Numbered from the stretch's first letter, positions 1 through 9,808 are shown. The stretch: DNA of 64,000 nt from Thermodesulfobacteriota bacterium (GCA_965223335.1 OZ244991.1:224001-288000), one strand, 5' to 3'. The notes: generated from the letters alone by a model not told the origin. Program-made: numbers and translations.

Positions 1-185
1 TCTGCTGCATACCCTGCATTTAGCTCGTTGCAGCAGCCGATCATCTGCAGATTTTTGTTTTTAAGCAACTCGTCCAGCAGCACTAGGTTATAGTCGCCGG
101 GTACCGCAAAGTAATACCCTACACCAACCTGCTCTAGCCTCGTGGCCAAATACGATCCCACAGTTGAATTTTTGCTCTCCGTCAT
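1..185 (-). CDS. Thiamine-diphosphate-dependent 2-oxoacid decarboxylase, pyruvate/indolepyruvate decarboxylase family (5' part only; runs off window)
   Basis: Not in ORF track. Manual translation from ATG at 185 gives [61 protein letters not shown], with the GDYN and [11 protein letters not shown] motifs of PDC/IpdC; AAGGGGG RBS upstream. Confidence 0.88.
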   Translation of the reverse strand, partial: MTESKNSTVGSYLATRLEQVGVGYYFAVPGDYNLVLLDELLKNKNLQMIGCCNELNAGYAA

Positions 186-355
186 CAATCAGCCCCCTTA
201 TATGTTAGATCAGATTTCCCTTGGTTTGCTTTCTTTAATCTAACCAACATACGAGCAATTCGGAACCGCGCCAAGACTACGCAATGTGATTCCAAGATCA
301 AGGCATATATGTTATGTTACATAAAAGGTAAATCCACACTCAAGGAGAGATAAGA

Positions 356-1237
356 ATGGAACTAATGGAAGCCATAGGAAACAGGCGAAGTATTAGATTT
401 TTTAAGCCTTGGAAAGAGGTAGAAGACTGGAAGATTCAGAGAATGCTACAGGCCGCCAGATACGCATCGTGCCAGGGCAACTGCGGTGCTACAGAGGCAA
501 TAGTAATCGATAAACGCACATACCCCAAAGATAAATTTGAACAGATCGTAGAGTGCGGCTCAACATTTAACGAGATTCAACTGCGCCAGGCCCCAATAGT
601 GATAGCATGGCTCGTAAACATGGACGCATGGTACAAGGAGTTGGTCGAGTCGTTCCAGGTTCTCTTTCCCTCGAGGGCTGTAAGCGCCTCGCACGGATGG
701 ACATATAAGATTCTTACCGAGACCACATATCCGCGACTTATGAGCTTCCCCAGAGAAAGGGCCGAGGACCTGCTAAGAATAGAGGTAGGTCAGGCCATCG
801 CTAATTCACTCCTCGCGGCTACAGAGCTCGGACTGGGATGTTGCCTCTTGGCTACCGGTAGAAAACCAGCGGAGTTCCCCAAGGTTCTAGGTGTACCGGA
901 CAACATTGTCCCAGTATGGCTTATGTCCGTGGGCTATGCGGCAGAGTCCCCAGGTCAGCGCCCAAGAAAACGCTTTGATAAGCTCTTTCATAGTAACGTC
1001 TATGGCACACCCCTCGAAGAAGACCAAGAGGTCAAACAACAGTTAAGGGATGAAAAAATGCTACAACCCCTAGCCCCTCTTCCCGGCAGGGACGAAGAGC
1101 TTAAACACCTATGCCGTATGTTCGGGTTTAACGAGGCCATGCCCGATATGCCCAAGGAAAAAATTGCCGAGATCTACAAAGAGGATTCCATATACTACGG
1201 TGAAGTACCCGAGGGTCTTGTGGATAAGGGAGTTTAA
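356..1237 (+). CDS. Nitroreductase family flavoprotein with C-terminal extension
   Basis: N-terminal RRSIRFF FMN-binding motif, LLAATELGLGCCL and VGY...RPRK motifs; AAGGAG RBS. Confidence 0.85.
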   Translation: MELMEAIGNRRSIRFFKPWKEVEDWKIQRMLQAARYASCQGNCGATEAIVIDKRTYPKDKFEQIVECGSTFNEIQLRQAPIVIAWLVNMDAWYKELVESFQVLFPSRAVSASHGWTYKILTETTYPRLMSFPRERAEDLLRIEVGQAIANSLLAATELGLGCCLLATGRKPAEFPKVLGVPDNIVPVWLMSVGYAAESPGQRPRKRFDKLFHSNVYGTPLEEDQEVKQQLRDEKMLQPLAPLPGRDEELKHLCRMFGFNEAMPDMPKEKIAEIYKEDSIYYGEVPEGLVDKGV

Positions 1238-1282
1238 GAATTATCGGTTGGCACAATAACCAAATTGTTTATAAATACGTTA

Positions 1283-1325
1283 TCCAGGTGGGGGCATACA
1301 ATCCTCCACCTGGGATATATTTTAC
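1283..1325 (+). terminator. Probable intrinsic terminator
   Basis: CCAGGTGGGGG...CCTCCACCTGG hairpin followed by an AT/T-rich run, just after the nitroreductase stop. Confidence 0.55.
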
Positions 1326-1566
1326 TTAAGATATCTTCTAACTCTCCATTGCGAGAATCCAAGAAACTTGACAACTATTTATGAAGGCGCAATTCTGGAG
1401 TAGTTGTAGTATGATGACGGTTTACAAACCTGATATATTCAACATGTCATGCAATATAAAATTTATAGAGACTTTAAATATACTATCAGTATAATACATG
1501 AATGAGTTCAGAATACATTAAATAAATACTGAACCTGAATAAACACCTTTTATGTGGAGGAACATC

Positions 1567-2220
1567 ATGAAATTAACATCATTATTTCGTATCCTAGGAG
1601 TTTGCTTATGTGTATTTCTATTTACAACCCCTGTAATTGCAGATCCACCCAACAAAGCAGAAAAAGAGGCTGCTAGGAAAGCTGCTAAAGAAGAGCGCGA
1701 GGCTGCTAGGGAAGCTGCCGAAGAAGAGCGCGAGGCCGCTAGGGAAGCTGCCGAAGAAGAGCGCGAGGATGCTAGGGAAGCTGCCGAAGAAGAGCGTGAG
1801 GCCGAAAAAGCTGCCGAAGAAGCTGAGCGTGAGGCCGAAAAAGCCGCTGAAGAAGCTGAGCGTGAGGCCGAGAAAGCCGCCGAGGAAGCTGAGCGTGAGG
1901 CCGAAAAAGCTGCCGAGGAAGCTGAGCGTGAGGCCGAAAAAGCTGCCGAGGAAGCTGAGCGTGAGGCCGAAAAAGCTGCCGAGGAAGCTGAGCGTGAGGC
2001 CGAAAAAGCCGCTGAAGAAGCTGAGCGTGAGGCCGAAAAAGCTGCCGAGGAAGCTGAGCGTGAGGCCGAGAAAGCCGCTGAAGAAGCTGAGCGTGAGGCC
2101 GAGAAAGCCGCCGAGGAAGCTGAGCGTGGTGCTGAAAGTGCCATCGAGTCAGAACCCACTGGGATTGAGACAGCCGCAGGTACTACCACCAAAAAATGGT
2201 GGCAATTTTGGAGGCAGTAA
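1567..2220 (+). CDS. Secreted low-complexity Glu/Ala/Arg/Lys-rich 11-mer repeat protein with C-terminal KKWWQFW motif
   Basis: GGAGG RBS at 1556-1560 before ATG 1567; signal peptide ending VIA-D; 14 x 11-aa repeats; ends KKWWQFWRQ. Confidence 0.8.
   Translation: MKLTSLFRILGVCLCVFLFTTPVIADPPNKAEKEAARKAAKEEREAAREAAEEEREAAREAAEEEREDAREAAEEEREAEKAAEEAEREAEKAAEEAEREAEKAAEEAEREAEKAAEEAEREAEKAAEEAEREAEKAAEEAEREAEKAAEEAEREAEKAAEEAEREAEKAAEEAEREAEKAAEEAERGAESAIESEPTGIETAAGTTTKKWWQFWRQ
1666..2127 (+). repeat. Coding tandem repeat, 14 x 33 bp (4 x EAAREAAEEER-like, then 10 x EAEKAAEEAER)
   Basis: Counted directly; the last 10 units differ only at synonymous positions (GAA/GAG, GCT/GCC). Confidence 0.95.
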
Positions 2221-2284
2221 TACAAACAACTACTACAAACTATAAAAACAAATAACACATTATAAACGAAACTGGAGGTTCATC

Positions 2285-2545
2285 ATGCCACTATGGACTC
2301 TGATTCTATGGTTGATTATAGGGGGGATAGCCGGGATTGCTGCGGGAAAAGTTATGAAATCCGACCCACCTTATGGGTTGATTGGTGATGTGTTGCTAGG
2401 TATTGCCGGGGCTGTAGTTGGGGGTTGGGTACTGGGATTACTTGGCTTTTCGGGCGGCGGCGGAATAATAGGTAGCCTTATAGTTGCATTCATAGGTGCT
2501 GTCATATTGATCTGGGTTGCGCGATTTATTAAAAAGAGCACTTAG
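2285..2545 (+). CDS. GlsB/YeaQ/YmgE family (transglycosylase-associated) stress membrane protein
   Basis: Three Gly-rich TM helices, LLGIAGAVVGG and IVAFIGAVILIW motifs; GGAGG RBS. Confidence 0.9.
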   Translation: MPLWTLILWLIIGGIAGIAAGKVMKSDPPYGLIGDVLLGIAGAVVGGWVLGLLGFSGGGGIIGSLIVAFIGAVILIWVARFIKKST

Positions 2546-2565
2546 GGCCTAAACAGGAGATCCTC

Positions 2566-3063
2566 ATGCCTACAAAAAAGAATGAAGCCGAAGGGCTTTT
2601 GGAAAGTATTAAAGACATTTTAAATCAGCCTCTTCCGGGCACAAAGAAAAAAAGCAAAAAATCACAGGTTGAAACCCCCTCAAGACGAAGCCGTTCAATC
2701 TTGGATGTACTGACCGAAGCATTGAATACACCGCTTCCAGGAACTAAAACCAATCAGAAACAAAAGAAACATGAAAAGGTTGACACAGGAAGAAAAGGAC
2801 CTCGGAAACAGAATGTGCCTAAACATAGGGGGAGAGGAAGAGGTGAAGAAATCAGATCCATTCGTGATGCTAGACTAAAGCACAGGGATGAATTTGCAGC
2901 CTTCCGAAAGGCTCGTATGGCATTAAGAGACGAGCACCGTCGTGAACGAGAAGCATTAAGAGAAGAACATCAAAGAGAACGCCAGGAACTAAAACAAGCG
3001 TTTGAGGATCTTAAGCACAAACACAAGAAAGAGATTAAACAGTATAAACGCCAAAAAGCCTAA
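2566..3063 (+). CDS. Hypothetical basic/charged protein with duplicated LNxPLPGTK motif and C-terminal coiled coil
   Basis: AGGAG RBS; IKDILNQPLPGTKK and LTEALNTPLPGTKT; (R/K)xEHxRER-like repeats. Confidence 0.7.
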   Translation: MPTKKNEAEGLLESIKDILNQPLPGTKKKSKKSQVETPSRRSRSILDVLTEALNTPLPGTKTNQKQKKHEKVDTGRKGPRKQNVPKHRGRGRGEEIRSIRDARLKHRDEFAAFRKARMALRDEHRREREALREEHQRERQELKQAFEDLKHKHKKEIKQYKRQKA

Positions 3064-3353
3064 TACACTCAAGTCAATGTTTTCGTATATCATCTCCACT
3101 CGATATATATGAATACTGCTTTTATATTTCCCTTACTCCACCCTAGTTGAATTGTAGTGCTTGGCCAATTGCCTTCTATAACTAAGTGTTTCGATCAACA
3201 ATTAATGACCTAGGTTTGATATCTATCATGTCTAGGTCAGCTGGGTTATAAACTCATGACGGATACTATGCTTGGTAGATCCTTGCTCATTCTCCGCAGC
3301 CATCTATCTGTCCTATATCCGAATTGTTTGTTTGTACTTTGAACAGGTGCACA

Positions 3354-4112
3354 CTAACTCTTACGCTGCACGATAAAGAACTCATAACCATAAGTTGAAC
3401 CGAACCTCCGGCGAACCTCTATCTCGGCAGCAGTCCTCTTGACAAGGCTAAGCGCCTGTTCGTCCCCTTCATATTTCTCGCGCAATCCAGACAGCTTCTC
3501 TTCTAATGGTGAATAGTACTCATCCCACCACGCATTTTCTTCGATTGTAAAATTGTTGATGAGACAGTACCCAGCCTGTCTGATCAATTCTTTGTTGTGC
3601 TCTATATCACTCATTACCGGATACTCTTGATCAAAAAATTCCTTCACCTCTAGCGGAGGGTTATCAGTGAGCCATAACAATTCCGAGAAGACGAAATAAC
3701 CACCGGGCCTTAACAACAGTTTCCACTCATGTAGTGCGTGTTCAATGCCCATAATGTAAGCGGCCCCTTCTGACCAAATCAGATCAAAACTACTAGGAGC
3801 GAACGGTAAGTTGGTCATATCCCCCAGCATGGTTGTAATGTGGTCCTGCAACTCATTAGCAGCTGCACGATTATCAAGCTCATCTAGATATTCTTGATGC
3901 AAATCTATAGCGGTGATTGATCCGTGAAGCACTTTAGCTAAAACAAGTGATTGTGCCCCTGGCCCACAACCAATATCAAGGACAGCCGGATGCTCTGGGA
4001 GATCCGTGCAAAACGATAGAGCATGGCGTGTCGCTTCACCACTGCCAGGCCCTTGCCGAGGCAGCCCCCGTTGTATATCCATAAAGATTTCCATCACCTG
4101 CGCATCATCCAT
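3354..4112 (-). CDS. Class I SAM-dependent methyltransferase
   Basis: VLDIGCGPG motif I; FDLIWSEGA; LRPGG. Confidence 0.9.
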   Translation of the reverse strand: MDDAQVMEIFMDIQRGLPRQGPGSGEATRHALSFCTDLPEHPAVLDIGCGPGAQSLVLAKVLHGSITAIDLHQEYLDELDNRAAANELQDHITTMLGDMTNLPFAPSSFDLIWSEGAAYIMGIEHALHEWKLLLRPGGYFVFSELLWLTDNPPLEVKEFFDQEYPVMSDIEHNKELIRQAGYCLINNFTIEENAWWDEYYSPLEEKLSGLREKYEGDEQALSLVKRTAAEIEVRRRFGSTYGYEFFIVQRKS

Positions 4113-4364
4113 AAATTGCCATCACTCCTAGTTGTTTTGGCACGGGTTAAATGAGCTTTCCCGGCGTGTGGTCTTGTTAAGGCTTGGTAAGTATCAGCAG
4201 AAACACAACCTAATACACGAATCATATTACTTTAATTGCGGCAATGTTTGTATAGATTAGTTTGTGTTTGTTTCTACTTGTATTTCATTTGGTCACATAT
4301 TTGGTAACATAATTGAGTGCAACAATATTTTAAGAAATGTTTTCGATATTAAAGGAGGATTTAT

Positions 4365-4790
4365 ATGCTGGAGAACAAGAGCATAAAAGAAATTCTAACT
4401 AAAGATGTTATTACTGTGCATGAAAATCAGAATTTGAGCGATGTAGCACAAATATTCAGGGAAAATTCAATTCATCATGTTCCTGTCCTCAGAGGTAAAA
4501 AACCTGTTGGCATATTATCCACTCAGGATATTTTCAAACTCATTTTCAATGTCGACTCAGCCGACCAGAGAATGCTCGATGTGCTTCTAGACAGCACTTA
4601 CGTGCTTTCAGAAGTCATGACTACGGAACTTGTAATATTGGATGACTCAGCAACCGTTAAAACTGTTGCAAAGCTTCTAAGAGACAGCTCGCTTCACTCC
4701 GTTTTGGTTGTAGACGCCAAAGGCGATTTATGCGGAATTGCTACTACGACCGATCTTATCAAGTTCCTCTACAAAAATATCGAGGATTAA
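4365..4790 (+). CDS. CBS domain pair protein
   Basis: Two CBS repeats (IHHVPV..VGILS; LHSVLVVD..GIATTTD); AAAGGAGG RBS. Confidence 0.9.
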   Translation: MLENKSIKEILTKDVITVHENQNLSDVAQIFRENSIHHVPVLRGKKPVGILSTQDIFKLIFNVDSADQRMLDVLLDSTYVLSEVMTTELVILDDSATVKTVAKLLRDSSLHSVLVVDAKGDLCGIATTTDLIKFLYKNIED

Positions 4791-4860
4791 TACAATGTCC
4801 TCCGCTGTTATTCCTCAACTGAGTTTAACGAAGTAGTTGTTAAGCAAGTTGTGTAATCAG

Positions 4861-4937
<77 letters not shown>

Positions 4938-4954
4938 TCAGAAAGAAGACGTAT

Positions 4955-4983
4955 ATGGTATTTTATAATAGGATACCTGTCAA
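4955..4983 (-). promoter_or_regulatory. Sigma-70 promoter of tRNA-fMet
   Basis: TTGACA-17 nt-TACCAT on the minus strand just upstream of the tRNA. Confidence 0.6.
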
Positions 4984-5094
4984 ATAGCGCTCGGGTTTTT
5001 AAATTCAGGCATAGAATTGTTGTTGACAACCCATGTATATAAATATAGATTAAATTAGCAAATTAGCGCTTATACCGAGGGGGATACAATAAAC

Positions 5095-5517
5095 ATGAAA
5101 AAACTAAGCACAGTTCTACTAATCTTGGCGATCACCTGTTCTATGCTAGTACTCGCAGCATGTGAAAACAAAGCCCAGAAGGAACAATTCGAACAAACCC
5201 AAGAACAATTAGATGAAAAAAAGAGCGCGCTTGAGCAGACAAAGGCCAGCTATGAAGAGCTTGAAAAATATGTACAAGAACTAAAAGCCACTGTAAACGA
5301 GCTTAAAGTTGAAAACCAGAAGCTGATAGCTAACAACAAGAGGCTTGAGGCCGAAATCATTGACCTTAAGATCGAGACCGGTCAGATACCTGCTCCAGAA
5401 AACATGGAGAGTACCCATGACTCGGACTCCTCAGATGCCGAAGAGAACACCGAGGATAATCCTGCTGACAATGGCAGTGCATCCGAGGATAGTTCCACAG
5501 AGGAAACTGCCCTCTAA
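5095..5517 (+). CDS. Hypothetical coiled-coil lipoprotein
   Basis: Lipobox LAAC; heptad coiled coil; acidic disordered tail. Confidence 0.75.
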   Translation: MKKLSTVLLILAITCSMLVLAACENKAQKEQFEQTQEQLDEKKSALEQTKASYEELEKYVQELKATVNELKVENQKLIANNKRLEAEIIDLKIETGQIPAPENMESTHDSDSSDAEENTEDNPADNGSASEDSSTEETAL

Positions 5518-6392
5518 GGCACCAGATTTTTTACTTCTAGAATACGGTCCAGCCTAAACGTGCACCTTTCTTTTCTAAGGTGGCAGTATGCGTGTATATA
5601 GGTGTTGTTCCTGCTTACACTTATCTCAAGGGGCTCTATGACCCTTGTGGTCGTATCCTCCCCGTATGCCGAGAGATATTTGATCTGCAGTTTGTCGCGG
5701 TTACGAAGCGCTTCTTCAATAGTGGGTGGTAAAACAAGTCCTTTGTCTTCTTCGAGTTCGACCGATTGGCCCTGGAGTTTTATTATATCCTTTAGTTTTT
5801 TGAGCCTGATGCCCCGTTTAGTTAGGTCGCGAATATAAAATTCCATCAGATCCCTAGTGATCATTACATCGGCCAATGCCCTATGCTCAGTCTCAATAGG
5901 TATCCCTATAAATCTAGCAATCTGCCCCAGGTTATTGCTGGGAAAATTGTAGTATCTGCGAGCAATCTGTAGAGTGTCTATCACATGCTGGTCAGGCAGG
6001 TTGAGTCTAAGGCTGCTAAGTTCGGTACGTAAAAAAGACAGATCGAACTTGGCGTTATGCGCCACAATCACCGAAGAGTCTATAAAAGCCAACAACTCCC
6101 TTGCAATATTGCGAAAAAAAGGTGATTTGAGTACCATTTGATCCGTTATGCCGTTTACGGAAGTTGCCCCAGTCGGGATAGGAATACCGGGGTTAACCAG
6201 TGTCTCGTAACTATCTATAATCGCTCCGTTTTTGGTCTTAACTACAGCAACTTCACATATACGGTCGCCGTTTACGGGATCAAGACCCGTAGTCTCCACA
6301 TCAAGATAGGCGAAGACAGCGTCTCTGGGTTTTTGAAGGAGGTGATTGTCGTTGTCCACAGTACATCTATAGTACCATGTAGGCACAATCAC
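5514..6392 (-). CDS. DEDDh 3'-5' exonuclease (DnaQ-like) fused to a C-terminal WYL domain
   Basis: YLDVETTG, VAHNAKFD and HRALADV motifs; C-terminal IKY...RVIEP...YIHAYCHLRKERCTFRLDRI is WYL-like. True start may be GTG 6359. Confidence 0.88.
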   Translation of the reverse strand: MIVPTWYYRCTVDNDNHLLQKPRDAVFAYLDVETTGLDPVNGDRICEVAVVKTKNGAIIDSYETLVNPGIPIPTGATSVNGITDQMVLKSPFFRNIARELLAFIDSSVIVAHNAKFDLSFLRTELSSLRLNLPDQHVIDTLQIARRYYNFPSNNLGQIARFIGIPIETEHRALADVMITRDLMEFYIRDLTKRGIRLKKLKDIIKLQGQSVELEEDKGLVLPPTIEEALRNRDKLQIKYLSAYGEDTTTRVIEPLEISVSRNNTYIHAYCHLRKERCTFRLDRILEVKNLVP

Positions 6393-6423
6393 CGATAGCA
6401 GATCCTAGATTATATTTATGGGA

Positions 6424-7347
6424 TTACTCGGATAGAGAAGCAAGGATATCGGCCCCTCCCGCATCCAGAATAGATGCTGCCAGGTCTTTACCTATTTGCT
6501 CAGCATTATCAGATAGTCCTTGTTTTTGGTGTTTAATCATCTCTCTACCGTCAGGGGAAGCAATCAAACCAACCATATCTACACTATTACCATTAGGCAG
6601 GGCATGGCAGCCCACGGGAACATTGCAATCGCCAGCCAAATGCCTAAGGAATGCCCTCTCGGCTACCGCCGCCACCCACGAGTCTTGATGGTTTATGGCA
6701 CCAATAAGCCTATCGGTTTCCACATCGGACTCCCTTCGCTCAAGTGCCACTATGCCCTGGCCCGGGGCCGGGACTATTTTATCCACGGGGATAATCTCGC
6801 TTATATGCTCACCTAGGCCCATCCTCTCAACACCCGCTTTGGCCAGAACGACTCCGTCAAGACCCTCAGTACCAACCTTTTTGATCCTTGTGTCGACATT
6901 CCCTCTTATAGAAACTATTTTGAGCCCAGGGTAGTGATGTAGCAGCTGTGCCCCACGGCGCAGACTACCGGTGCCGATCCTGGCACCTGGAGCAAGGGAA
7001 CTTAACCCTCTATTGTCTTTTGATACGAGAATGTCTCTAGGGTCGTGTCTCTCGACTACGGCACCCAAGCAAAGCCCGTCGGGCAGGATGCTCGGCATAT
7101 CTTTCATGCTGTGCACAGCGATATCAATGGCATCCGACAACAACGCCTCTTCGATCTCTTTAACAAACACACCCTTGCCGCCAATCTCTGAGAGCGGTGA
7201 CGCCAGGTCGAGATCTCCGGTGGTTTTAATAATTTTTATCTCGGTAGTAATATCGGGGAACTTTTCGTTAAGAAGGCTCTGTATATGGTTTGCCTGCCAA
7301 AGTGCTAACCCACTACCCCTAGTTCCAATCCGAAAGGTTTGCCTCAT
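6424..7347 (-). CDS. hemC: Hydroxymethylbilane synthase (porphobilinogen deaminase)
   Basis: IGTRGSGLALWQA, GGKGVFVKEIE, AVHSMKD, GTGSLRR, RGNVDTR. Confidence 0.97.
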   Translation of the reverse strand: MRQTFRIGTRGSGLALWQANHIQSLLNEKFPDITTEIKIIKTTGDLDLASPLSEIGGKGVFVKEIEEALLSDAIDIAVHSMKDMPSILPDGLCLGAVVERHDPRDILVSKDNRGLSSLAPGARIGTGSLRRGAQLLHHYPGLKIVSIRGNVDTRIKKVGTEGLDGVVLAKAGVERMGLGEHISEIIPVDKIVPAPGQGIVALERRESDVETDRLIGAINHQDSWVAAVAERAFLRHLAGDCNVPVGCHALPNGNSVDMVGLIASPDGREMIKHQKQGLSDNAEQIGKDLAASILDAGGADILASLSE

Positions 7348-8641
7348 CTTCCTCTTCTTCCAGTATCAAGAGCTCATCATCAAGTGCAAAAAGTTTTTTT
7401 ACAGAGTCCACATAGAGCGCACCCAGCGATGTAGAGGCCTCTTTTTTAAGGTTTATCAATGGGTTATGTAGCAGTTTGCCAATTATTCTGGTAGCAAGTG
7501 TTTCGACCACTATTTTTTCTTTGTCGGAATAATCTCCGAGTTTTCCAAGGGCTTTGTCCACCTCAATCTGCATGATCTCTTCAAACCTTTGTTTGAGATC
7601 TATTATGGCAGGTACGACTTTTAATCCGTTTAACCATCTTATGTAGCTCTCTTCTACCTCGTGCACTATAAGCTCGGCCTTCCGGGCACTCTCTTTTCGG
7701 CTGTTTATGTTTTCATCCAGAACATTTTTAAGATCATCGACATCGTAAAGGTACACATCGTCTATTTCCTCTACCCTGGGGTCAATGTCCCGGGGCACGG
7801 CAATGTCTATCATAAACATCGGGTCGTTATTTCTCAGTTTGAGCGCCTCTTTGGCGTGTTGCTGGCGGATGATAAAATCCGTCGAGCCCGTAGCTGTAAT
7901 TACTATGTCCACATCCTTTAGGTGATAGTAGATCTCTTCTAGCCTTATGGGTTTACCGTTTAGCCTGTCTGCAAGTGCCTCGGCATTTTCATAATGCCTG
8001 CTTGCGACATACATATCACCTATACCTGCTTTAATCAGGTGTTTAGCAGCCAGTTCCGACATCTCTCCGGTACCGACAAGCAGTATTGACCTCTTGGAGA
8101 GGTTATCGAAAATCCTTTTTGCGAGTTCTACTGCCACATAGCTTATTGAAACGGCATTGGATCCAATTCCGGTCTCTGAACGAACCCTCTTGGCAACAAA
8201 AAATGCCGAATGGAATAGCCTGTTTAGGATAAGTCCAACTGTGTTTTTTAAAGTAGCTATTTTGTAAGCGTCTTTAACCTGCCCCAGAATTTGAGGCTCT
8301 CCCACGACCATCGAATCGATGCTCGATGCCACTCTAAACAGGTGTCTTACAGCCATGTGTCCTATGGATATGTATAGGTAGGGGGAGAACTCCTCGACTG
8401 GAATGTTGTGGAACTCGGAGAGAAACTCTTTTATGCTCTCGACACATTTATCTATGTTTTCTGATACTGAATATATCTCGACCCTGTTGCAAGTCGAGAG
8501 TATTGCACACTCGCCGACAAAGGGTTTTGCTGCAAGCTTCGGCAATGCCGACTCTACCTCTTGCGGAGTGAAAGAAAATCGTTCCCTGATCTCTACTGGT
8601 GCTGTTTTATGACTAAATCCTACTACTACTGTACGCAGCAT
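7319..8641 (-). CDS. hemA: Glutamyl-tRNA reductase
   Basis: LSTCNRVEIY, SMVVGEPQILGQVK, IDIAVPRDID. Confidence 0.97.
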   Translation of the reverse strand: MLRTVVVGFSHKTAPVEIRERFSFTPQEVESALPKLAAKPFVGECAILSTCNRVEIYSVSENIDKCVESIKEFLSEFHNIPVEEFSPYLYISIGHMAVRHLFRVASSIDSMVVGEPQILGQVKDAYKIATLKNTVGLILNRLFHSAFFVAKRVRSETGIGSNAVSISYVAVELAKRIFDNLSKRSILLVGTGEMSELAAKHLIKAGIGDMYVASRHYENAEALADRLNGKPIRLEEIYYHLKDVDIVITATGSTDFIIRQQHAKEALKLRNNDPMFMIDIAVPRDIDPRVEEIDDVYLYDVDDLKNVLDENINSRKESARKAELIVHEVEESYIRWLNGLKVVPAIIDLKQRFEEIMQIEVDKALGKLGDYSDKEKIVVETLATRIIGKLLHNPLINLKKEASTSLGALYVDSVKKLFALDDELLILEEEEDEANLSDWN

Positions 8642-8833
8642 TTATTTGATCCCATGAAATTGTCAATTGGTTATAAATATAATATAAGATTTGCAATTTT
8701 TATACCATTAACACCGAAAATTATAGGTTAGCGACATAACATACCCAAATCCGTAGGATTTTTGTATGAATTCGAGTGTATATGGCTAATTTCGACTATA
8801 TATAAGCAGCTCAAAATTGCCGAATTTTATTAA

Positions 8834-9388
8834 TTACGGACGTTTATTGATAAAGGACAGAAACTCGCCCCTTGTACGCTCGTCCCTCTTAAATACCCCG
8901 CGCATTGAGCTTGTTGTCATACTGGCCTCGGCCTTTTTTATCCCCCTCATTGCCACACACAGGTGGTAGGCCTCGGCCACAACAGCCACACCCTGGGGTT
9001 CCAGCACCTCATCCAGAAAATCAGCTATCTGCACCGTCATACGCTCCTGGACCTGAAGCCTTCTCGAAAACACCTCTACAATCCTAGGAATCTTACTAAG
9101 CCCCACTATCTTGCCAGACGGTATATATGCCACATTGCACTTACCGAAAAACGGCAGCATATGGTGCTCGCACATGCTGTAAAACTCTATATCCTTTACA
9201 ACTACCATCTCATCGTACTTTATGTGAAAAATCGCATCGTTAATAACATCGTGCGGGTCAATCCTGTAACCCGCAGTAAGCTCATCGTACATCTTAGAGA
9301 TTCTCTCGGGTGTGTCCTTAAGCCCCTCCCTCTCGGGGTCTTCCCCTATCTTTTTCAGTATTTGCAAAACCGCTTTTTCAACATTCAT
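8834..9388 (-). CDS. folE: GTP cyclohydrolase I
   Basis: [48 protein letters not shown]; start placed at ATG 9388 (AAGGAAGG RBS). Confidence 0.96.
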   Translation of the reverse strand: MNVEKAVLQILKKIGEDPEREGLKDTPERISKMYDELTAGYRIDPHDVINDAIFHIKYDEMVVVKDIEFYSMCEHHMLPFFGKCNVAYIPSGKIVGLSKIPRIVEVFSRRLQVQERMTVQIADFLDEVLEPQGVAVVAEAYHLCVAMRGIKKAEASMTTSSMRGVFKRDERTRGEFLSFINKRP

Positions 9389-9806
9389 ACGGATATCCAC
9401 CTTCCTTAAATATTTCGAAGAAATTGTTAGATGTCTCGCCAAGCCGCAAATGCACAAGGTTCTCCCCAAGTGTGTTTTCTAGCCGGTCCCAGACGTACTC
9501 TATAATATTCTCCCCCGTAGGCTGTTTATGGCTAAAATACGGGATATCGGTATCTAGCCTGGTGTAATCCAATTCCCCAAGCACATCGTTTACAGTCCGG
9601 TCCAATCTACCGAGCTCTACAACCATACCCGTGTCTTTATCTACATCCCCTGCTACCTTTACTTCCAGATAGTAATCGTGTCCATGCCCCTTGGGATTTG
9701 CGCATGTATCGAATATTTTCAGATTCTCTTCCTCCGTCAGGTGTTCTAGATAGAGCCTGTGGCCCGCCGAGAACCTATAGATCTTTGTCAAACACGTAAT
9801 TTCCAC
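9378..9806 (-). CDS. 6-pyruvoyl-tetrahydropterin synthase family protein (COG0720), Cx5HGH type
   Basis: [33 protein letters not shown]. Confidence 0.9.
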   Translation of the reverse strand: MEITCLTKIYRFSAGHRLYLEHLTEEENLKIFDTCANPKGHGHDYYLEVKVAGDVDKDTGMVVELGRLDRTVNDVLGELDYTRLDTDIPYFSHKQPTGENIIEYVWDRLENTLGENLVHLRLGETSNNFFEIFKEGGYPYEC

Positions 9807-9808
9807 AA

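Noticed and set aside
1666..2127. Possible CRISPR array
   Set aside because: Units are contiguous with no unique spacers, are in-frame coding, and no cas genes are present.
1518..2258. Long alternative ORFs 1518-2258 (-) and 1637-2245 (+)
   Set aside because: Shadows of the stop-free 33-bp repeat. Only the 1567 frame has an RBS, a signal peptide and synonymous-only variation.
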